The translations under genes and the position numbers were made by a program. The notes under the pieces are model-generated. The model was not told the DNA's origin. It did no database searches and worked only from the letters and a program-made list of their open reading frames with translations. From Pasteurella multocida (GTDB lineage Bacteria > Pseudomonadota > Gammaproteobacteria > Enterobacterales > Pasteurellaceae), in the NCBI RefSeq assembly GCF_900187275.1, contig NZ_LT906458.1:870001-902000 (forward strand): a stretch of 32,000 bases of DNA, written 5' to 3'. Numbering within the stretch: the first letter of the stretch is position 1; every line of letters starts with the position of its first letter. Below, one piece after another: positions 26,868 to 32,000 of this stretch.

Positions 26868-29228
26868 ATGGAATCCGCAAAAAATCCACTCAAAAAGACA
26901 ACACTTGCACTCCTCTGTTGTTCTACCGCCTTCTCGCTTTCCGCAAAAACCGATACGAACGCCGATAAAAATCACTTTTTGACGGAAATTGTCGTGTATG
27001 CGGATCAAAATAAATCAATGAGTTCAACACAGAGTGTCACTCAAGATGACATGAAAAAAAGCCCTGTCACAAATGGTAATATTACTGACTATTTACGTTC
27101 AAATCCGCATGTGCGTTATGAGAATAGCGATCAAAATGGATTGCAACGAGGTGAAATTAAACCCGAAAACATTTCAATTAATGGTGCAGATTATCAGCAG
27201 ACTACTTTTTTTGTCGATAATGTAAATATCAATAATGATATGGGATTTGGTAGTGATCTTTTTGACGGCACCATGGCAACTGTCCCCTTTGCCAATCATT
27301 CTCAAGGCTACTTTTTTGATGCCAATCTGCTCTCTTCAATTGTCGTGCATGACAGTAATGTTTCTGCCAGCTTAGGAGGATTTGCGGGGGGGGCCGTCGT
27401 GGCGAAAACCAAACAATATGATGGGAAAGATCAGTTAAAATTTAGTTATCGTACAACTGATGCCTCATGGGCGAAATTTAAAGTAGAAGACAAAGATCTT
27501 GAACGTTTTAAAAATGCGATTCCTGAAGGATCGGTCGCCGAATTTCAACCTAAGTATTCTAAACACTTTTTCAATATCACGGCAGAAAAAGGGTTAAGTG
27601 AAAATTTAGGTATGGTGATCGGATTAAGTCGTAGAACATCAAGTATCCAGCAATCACGTCAAATTAATCCACAAGGTGATCGTGATAAACAAACACATAC
27701 AAGACGTTCAGACAATGCGTTACTGAATTTTAATCTGACACCAAACGACAAACACCGTTTCGAACTCGGTTTCAGATACTCAAATTATCGTGAGCGTAAA
27801 TTCTTTAATACTAATATAGACAGTAATGTTTTTGACTATCACCGTGCTTATGGAGTGACTTTCTCTTGGATAAATGCCCTTCAGTCTGGTATTCTCACGA
27901 CGACACTCGCCTATGATAACTTTGATGACACGAGAAAATCAGCTTCGACTTCTATGAAAACTATTATCGAAGATGAAAATGACTACACTCTTGGAGGGAT
28001 GGGCAATAGCCAATTAAATCAAAAAAACAGTCATTTTTCCCTTGAATATGCCATGAATTCTTTTGATTTAAGCCACATTAATCACTCTATATCACTAGGA
28101 AGTGTGTTCCAACACACACAATACCGTTTTCATCGAGAATCTGATGCTGAGGCAGAGATTATTAATAGAATAGACCTTGAAAACAGAAAGATAGAAATTA
28201 AATCAAGCAATTTAGCCAAAAAAGGAACCGTAAAAACACGTTATCAAAATATCGCACTTTACGTGGAAGATTTAATGACGTGGAAAAATCTCGAATTTCG
28301 GGCGGGACTTCGTCTTGAACGTGATGATTATTTAAAAAACACGAATTTGGCGCCAAGAACCGTTTTTCGTTATAAACCATTTGAAGACACTGCATTCAGT
28401 GTGGGTTGGAACCGTTACTACGGACGTTCCTTTGCCTCAATGAAATTATCTGAAGGTATCTTCAAATTAGATGGTCATGATACCTTCCGTTACAAAGACC
28501 TTAGCCAATTTAAAACCCCTTATTCAGACGAACTGAGCTTTGGTGTAGAACAATATGTTGCTAATCTCGCCTTTCACTTGAAATACATTTTACGTGATAA
28601 CAAACAACGTATTGTTTTACAAGAAGACGTCATGTTAAATGAAGAAGAGAAAAAACTCCGCTATTACCAACGAGGAAAAGACTACAAAACGAATGTGTTA
28701 ACCTTCCAAATTAACACACAAGCGCCTTGGGAGCTTGGTCCAACACGCTGGACAAGTGCAGTGGCATTTGATTGGTTAGATAGCAAAGCTATCGATCATG
28801 GCAGGGGCTATAACGGTTCGACACCTGTGATTTTAGACGGGAAATTAATGACTTATGAGCAAATGTTGAAAAAAGTCAATGCTTACAAAGAAACATGGGG
28901 TCTACGTTTAAATCTTGACATGTTTGTTCCAAGATTTGATCTTTCTTGGGCTAATACAATCTATGTCAAGCCACCAACAACCTTAACTGAACGCGTTAGC
29001 AGTAATACACCTGAAGTATATCGTAGCTATGATTATGGTACTTATACACAATGGGATACCAGTCTTCGCTGGCAGCCAACTTTCGCAGAAAAACACCGTC
29101 CTTATATTAAATTAGATGTACTTAATGTGTTAAATAAAACACGTAAAGGCGCAGGTCCAAATGGACAAGATCTCGGCATCTACACCCCCGGTCGTGAGTT
29201 CTGGCTTGAAGTTGGTTACGAATTCTAA
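26868..29228 (+). CDS. TonB-dependent outer-membrane receptor, YddB/FusA-like
   Basis: 786 aa from the ATG at 26868, which has GGAGA 8 nt upstream (the track start is 26853). Signal peptide, TonB-box-like LTEIVVYA, plug motifs NGNITDYLRSNPHVR, GEIKPENISINGA and GGFAGGAVVAKTK, and a C-terminal aromatic ...FWLEVGYEF. Confidence 0.88.
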   Translation: MESAKNPLKKTTLALLCCSTAFSLSAKTDTNADKNHFLTEIVVYADQNKSMSSTQSVTQDDMKKSPVTNGNITDYLRSNPHVRYENSDQNGLQRGEIKPENISINGADYQQTTFFVDNVNINNDMGFGSDLFDGTMATVPFANHSQGYFFDANLLSSIVVHDSNVSASLGGFAGGAVVAKTKQYDGKDQLKFSYRTTDASWAKFKVEDKDLERFKNAIPEGSVAEFQPKYSKHFFNITAEKGLSENLGMVIGLSRRTSSIQQSRQINPQGDRDKQTHTRRSDNALLNFNLTPNDKHRFELGFRYSNYRERKFFNTNIDSNVFDYHRAYGVTFSWINALQSGILTTTLAYDNFDDTRKSASTSMKTIIEDENDYTLGGMGNSQLNQKNSHFSLEYAMNSFDLSHINHSISLGSVFQHTQYRFHRESDAEAEIINRIDLENRKIEIKSSNLAKKGTVKTRYQNIALYVEDLMTWKNLEFRAGLRLERDDYLKNTNLAPRTVFRYKPFEDTAFSVGWNRYYGRSFASMKLSEGIFKLDGHDTFRYKDLSQFKTPYSDELSFGVEQYVANLAFHLKYILRDNKQRIVLQEDVMLNEEEKKLRYYQRGKDYKTNVLTFQINTQAPWELGPTRWTSAVAFDWLDSKAIDHGRGYNGSTPVILDGKLMTYEQMLKKVNAYKETWGLRLNLDMFVPRFDLSWANTIYVKPPTTLTERVSSNTPEVYRSYDYGTYTQWDTSLRWQPTFAEKHRPYIKLDVLNVLNKTRKGAGPNGQDLGIYTPGREFWLEVGYEF
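27386..27393 (+). repeat. G8 homopolymer inside the receptor's plug-domain coding region
   Basis: gcG GGG GGG Gcc encodes A-G-G-A. The gene is in frame (ON) as sequenced. Confidence 0.9.
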
Positions 29229-29252
29229 CTTCTCCACGCCTGTCAAAAAACA

Positions 29253-29287
29253 CGACGTGTTATTCACATAACGCGTCGCGTTTATTT
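29253..29287 (+). terminator. Terminator-like hairpin between the receptor and the M16 protease gene
   Basis: CGACGTGTTATtcacATAACGCGTCG (11-bp stem with one G-U pair), followed by cgtttatttata, an interrupted T-run. Confidence 0.5.
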
Positions 29288-29310
29288 ATACACAGATGAG
29301 ATTAAAAATA

Positions 29311-32000
29311 ATGAAAAAATTGACCGCACTTTTCCTTATCATTTGCACGTTGATTGCTTGCCAAAGTATGCCTTCCTCTCCTCAGGCATCACTCCCGTTT
29401 GATCCAGCTATTCAACATGGTAAATTAGCGAATGGGCTAACTTATTATGTCGTACGAAATCCTGAGCCGGCGCATCGTGTCTATATTCGTTTAGTTGTGA
29501 ATGCCGGATCACTGCACGAAGATGAGGATCAAAAAGGGGTGGCACATTTAGTCGAACACATGGCATTTAATGGCTCTCATCGATTCCCTGAAAATCAAAT
29601 CATTAATGCACTTGAAAAATTAGGAATGAAATTTGCACGGGACATTAATGCATTTACCGATTTTGAAAATACGGTTTATACCCTTAATTTAGACAAAAAT
29701 GATCCTCAAAGCCTGACTTTAGCTTTTGAGGTGTTAAATGAGTGGATGCACCACTTAACGATTCTGGAAAAAGACTTAGATAATGAACGTGGTATTGTAC
29801 AGGAAGAATGGCGACGACGTTTAAGCCCAATGTTACGTTTAGGTGACAAAAAAAGTGCGGTAGAAATGGCGGGGTCACGCTATGCTGTACGCGATCCAAT
29901 TGGCGATATGAATATTATTCGCACGATTTCAAGACAGCGTGTGGCTGATTTTTATCACAAATGGTACCGACCTGATAATATGGCGGTGATCATTGTGGGT
30001 GATATTGATGCTCAACAAGTCACCTCTCAGTTAAAAGCGCAGATAGGGAGTATAAACTCACACTCAACTTCCCCCTTACCACCAATTGATTTTTCTATTC
30101 CATTCGTTAACCAATGGCGCGTTGCAGGTATTTCTGAAAAAGGTACCTATATTCCCACACTTGAATTAAGCTTTTTTGAAAAATTTACAGAGCAAAATAC
30201 CCTCGCTGCATATAAACAAGACTTGATTCAACAAATCCTGATTCGTCTGATAAATTTACGTTTACAAGATTGGGAACAAGTCAAACAGCAAAAAGTTGAA
30301 TCAGCAAATTTTTACCGCACCCATTTAGGAAAAGAAACGCTACAAAATATTTTCTTGCTACAACTTTTTGATACTGACTACCAAAAAGCCACACAATCCT
30401 TATTCCAATTTATCGCAGAAATTCAGCAACACGGCTTTTCTGCGCAAGAATTTCAACAAGAAAAAGCGCGGTTAGTCCAATTAAATGAAAAACAACGCAG
30501 TCTCAAAGCTGGGAGTTTAAAAATCGCAGATGATCTCGTTATTTCTGCGGCAAATCAGCAAGTCGTGATAAGTCAACAAGATCGATATCGACTCAATCAA
30601 CGCTTTTTGCAAGAAATCCGTTTAGAAGAACTGAATCAGGCATTTCAACATCTCATTACTATTCAAGCCAAACTCCTGTTAGTTACTCAACCTTATCCCG
30701 CGACACCATTGACGTTAACGGTAAATAAAGTGGCACAGTTGTGGCAAGAAACACAGCATACTGCGCAACATACTTGGCATACACCTAGAACCTCTGGAAA
30801 AATGCCTGCATTGTCCTTCCCTAAAGGGCAAATCAAACAAAGCAAACATTGGAAAAAAGGCGATATTACGGAATATCAATTAAGCAATGGAAGCAAATTG
30901 ATTTACCATTATAGCGATAAAACACCCAATCAAGTGTATTTTAAAGCTGTTACAGCGGGAGGATTACGTTCTGTAGCCCCTAGTGATTACCATCGCTTTA
31001 AAAGTGCGGTGACATTAACTGATGATTCTGGTATTGGTCCATTAAGCTTGTCGGAAATCAATGATTTATTTCGCCAGCATCCTATCGCATTGGCGACTGT
31101 AGTTGATGACTATAAACAAGGTTTTACCGCAGTAGGAAAACCCGAACAAATGGCTGATTTACTCAAATTATTTCGCTTGAAATTACAAGGAACAGCAATT
31201 AGCGAACCCGTTTTTGAACGTTACCAAAAAGAAACTCAAGATTATTTCCGTCAAGTAGATAAAGAAACGGAATTTATGCAAAAATTATCACGTTTACGTT
31301 ATCCCAACATGGCCACAGTGTATAGCCAAAATAAAAAAGAAGCCTTATCGTTTTCTCGTCAGGAACTCACCCAATTCTATGACTCGGTGATGTTAGATAA
31401 AACGGATTTCACATATTTTCTTATTGGCGATCTCCCTCAACAAGAGGCAGAAAAGCTGGCACAAACGTATTTAGCCTCAGTAGAGATCAAACACTCACCT
31501 CGTCATTATTACGATAGTTCGCCTATCACACCCGCCAATCATTTTGTCATGCATGGCTTAGATGAACCACGTGCTGATGTCGAGATTTATTTCAGTACAC
31601 CGAATCAATGGACACCTGAACTACAATATCAGTTAGATCTCTTAGCAGATGTACTGCAAGAAGTGCTTCGCTTAACACTGCGAGAACAATCATCAGGTAT
31701 CTATGCTGTGAATAGTTGGTTTAATCAAGAAAAATCACATGCGCGCCTAGAGGGGAAAATTGAATTCAGTTGCGCCCCTGATCGCGTGGCAGAACTGACC
31801 GCACAAACGTACCATATTTTAGATGAAATCATGCAAAAAGGCGTTTCCGCCAGCTTATTAGAAAAGAAACGAAGTGAGAAACAAACACAAATCAAATTCC
31901 AATTTGATTCATTAGTGTCTATTGCCATGCTAATTGAACAAAGCTTTTGGCATACTCAAAGTCCAGATGAAATTTATCTGTATCAAAGACTCGAAGACAT
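29311..32000 (+). CDS. pqqL: M16-family (pitrilysin/PqqL-type) zinc metalloprotease, predicted lipoprotein. The 3' end lies outside the window.
   Basis: Hand translation of frame 1 is open from the ATG at 29311 to the window end (896 codons). Signal plus lipobox MKKLTALFLIICTLIAC|QS, inverted zinc motif HLVEH with a downstream ERGIVQEE glutamate region, and a second M16 repeat further on. Absent from the ORF track because no stop codon is reached. Confidence 0.85.
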   Translation, partial: MKKLTALFLIICTLIACQSMPSSPQASLPFDPAIQHGKLANGLTYYVVRNPEPAHRVYIRLVVNAGSLHEDEDQKGVAHLVEHMAFNGSHRFPENQIINALEKLGMKFARDINAFTDFENTVYTLNLDKNDPQSLTLAFEVLNEWMHHLTILEKDLDNERGIVQEEWRRRLSPMLRLGDKKSAVEMAGSRYAVRDPIGDMNIIRTISRQRVADFYHKWYRPDNMAVIIVGDIDAQQVTSQLKAQIGSINSHSTSPLPPIDFSIPFVNQWRVAGISEKGTYIPTLELSFFEKFTEQNTLAAYKQDLIQQILIRLINLRLQDWEQVKQQKVESANFYRTHLGKETLQNIFLLQLFDTDYQKATQSLFQFIAEIQQHGFSAQEFQQEKARLVQLNEKQRSLKAGSLKIADDLVISAANQQVVISQQDRYRLNQRFLQEIRLEELNQAFQHLITIQAKLLLVTQPYPATPLTLTVNKVAQLWQETQHTAQHTWHTPRTSGKMPALSFPKGQIKQSKHWKKGDITEYQLSNGSKLIYHYSDKTPNQVYFKAVTAGGLRSVAPSDYHRFKSAVTLTDDSGIGPLSLSEINDLFRQHPIALATVVDDYKQGFTAVGKPEQMADLLKLFRLKLQGTAISEPVFERYQKETQDYFRQVDKETEFMQKLSRLRYPNMATVYSQNKKEALSFSRQELTQFYDSVMLDKTDFTYFLIGDLPQQEAEKLAQTYLASVEIKHSPRHYYDSSPITPANHFVMHGLDEPRADVEIYFSTPNQWTPELQYQLDLLADVLQEVLRLTLREQSSGIYAVNSWFNQEKSHARLEGKIEFSCAPDRVAELTAQTYHILDEIMQKGVSASLLEKKRSEKQTQIKFQFDSLVSIAMLIEQSFWHTQSPDEIYLYQRLED
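29323..29331 (-). repeat. Uptake signal sequence core
   Basis: ACCGCACTT within the pqqL signal-peptide codons. Confidence 0.85.
29853..29861 (+). repeat. Uptake signal sequence core
   Basis: AAGTGCGGT within pqqL. Confidence 0.85.
31002..31010 (+). repeat. Uptake signal sequence core
   Basis: AAGTGCGGT within pqqL. Confidence 0.85.

Noticed and set aside
26754-27008. 84-aa minus-strand ORF spanning the receptor promoter and 5' end
   Set aside because: It overlaps the promoter, Fur box and signal-peptide codons of the well-supported plus-strand receptor gene. It has no Shine-Dalgarno and no recognisable motif.
1-32000. Scanned for CRISPR arrays, tRNA/rRNA genes, IS elements or transposases, integrases, long direct or inverted repeats flanking the capsule or idn clusters, toxin-antitoxin pairs and known defence-system gene sets
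   Set aside because: None was recognised. Every ORF of at least about 100 aa has a housekeeping, transport or catabolic assignment, and no repeat-spacer periodicity is visible.

Overview
This window looks like chromosomal DNA from a Pasteurellaceae species. Nine perfect copies of the Haemophilus-type uptake signal sequence AAGTGCGGT are present, along with an OmpA/P5-type porin and the conserved block cmk-rpsA-ihfB-lapA-lapB-pyrF-yciH. Genus cannot be resolved by eye.

Layout, left to right:
- 1-2749: the export part (region 1) of a group-II capsule locus, bexD' (partial)-bexC-bexB-bexA. It ends at a terminator shared with convergent grxD.
- 3199-5013 (-): a lemA-TPM-TPM operon.
- 5110-6168 (-): ompA, followed by a 533-bp structured intergenic region.
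- 6702-11182 (+): a tightly coupled ydiJ-ydiI-hemH operon.
- 11232-12332 (-): selD, the Cys type.
- About 12.4-19.05 kb: an AT-rich, USS-free L-idonate/5-ketogluconate/gluconate cluster. idnR-gntK is divergent from idnD-idnO-dctPQM, so a TRAP transporter takes the place of the GntP-type IdnT.
- 19075-26623: metC, a 2-Cys peroxiredoxin, and the yciH...cmk housekeeping block.
- 26796 to the window end: a TonB-dependent receptor behind a candidate promoter and Fur box, followed by an open-ended lipoprotein M16 (PqqL-type) zinc protease. The ORF track omits this protease because it has no stop codon inside the window.

Best candidates for a second look:
- The receptor + M16 protease pair, which resembles the YddB/PqqL and FusA/FusC protein-import systems. 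Its substrate is unknown and the receptor carries a G8 tract.
- The idonate island, which has a duplicated 13-nt operator 260 bp apart, a near-consensus CRP site, and a possible LacI-family gene stub at its left edge.

I saw no CRISPR array, IS element, integrase, tRNA/rRNA gene or recognisable defence system. All homology calls come from reading the translations and from memory of the protein families. No database search was run.
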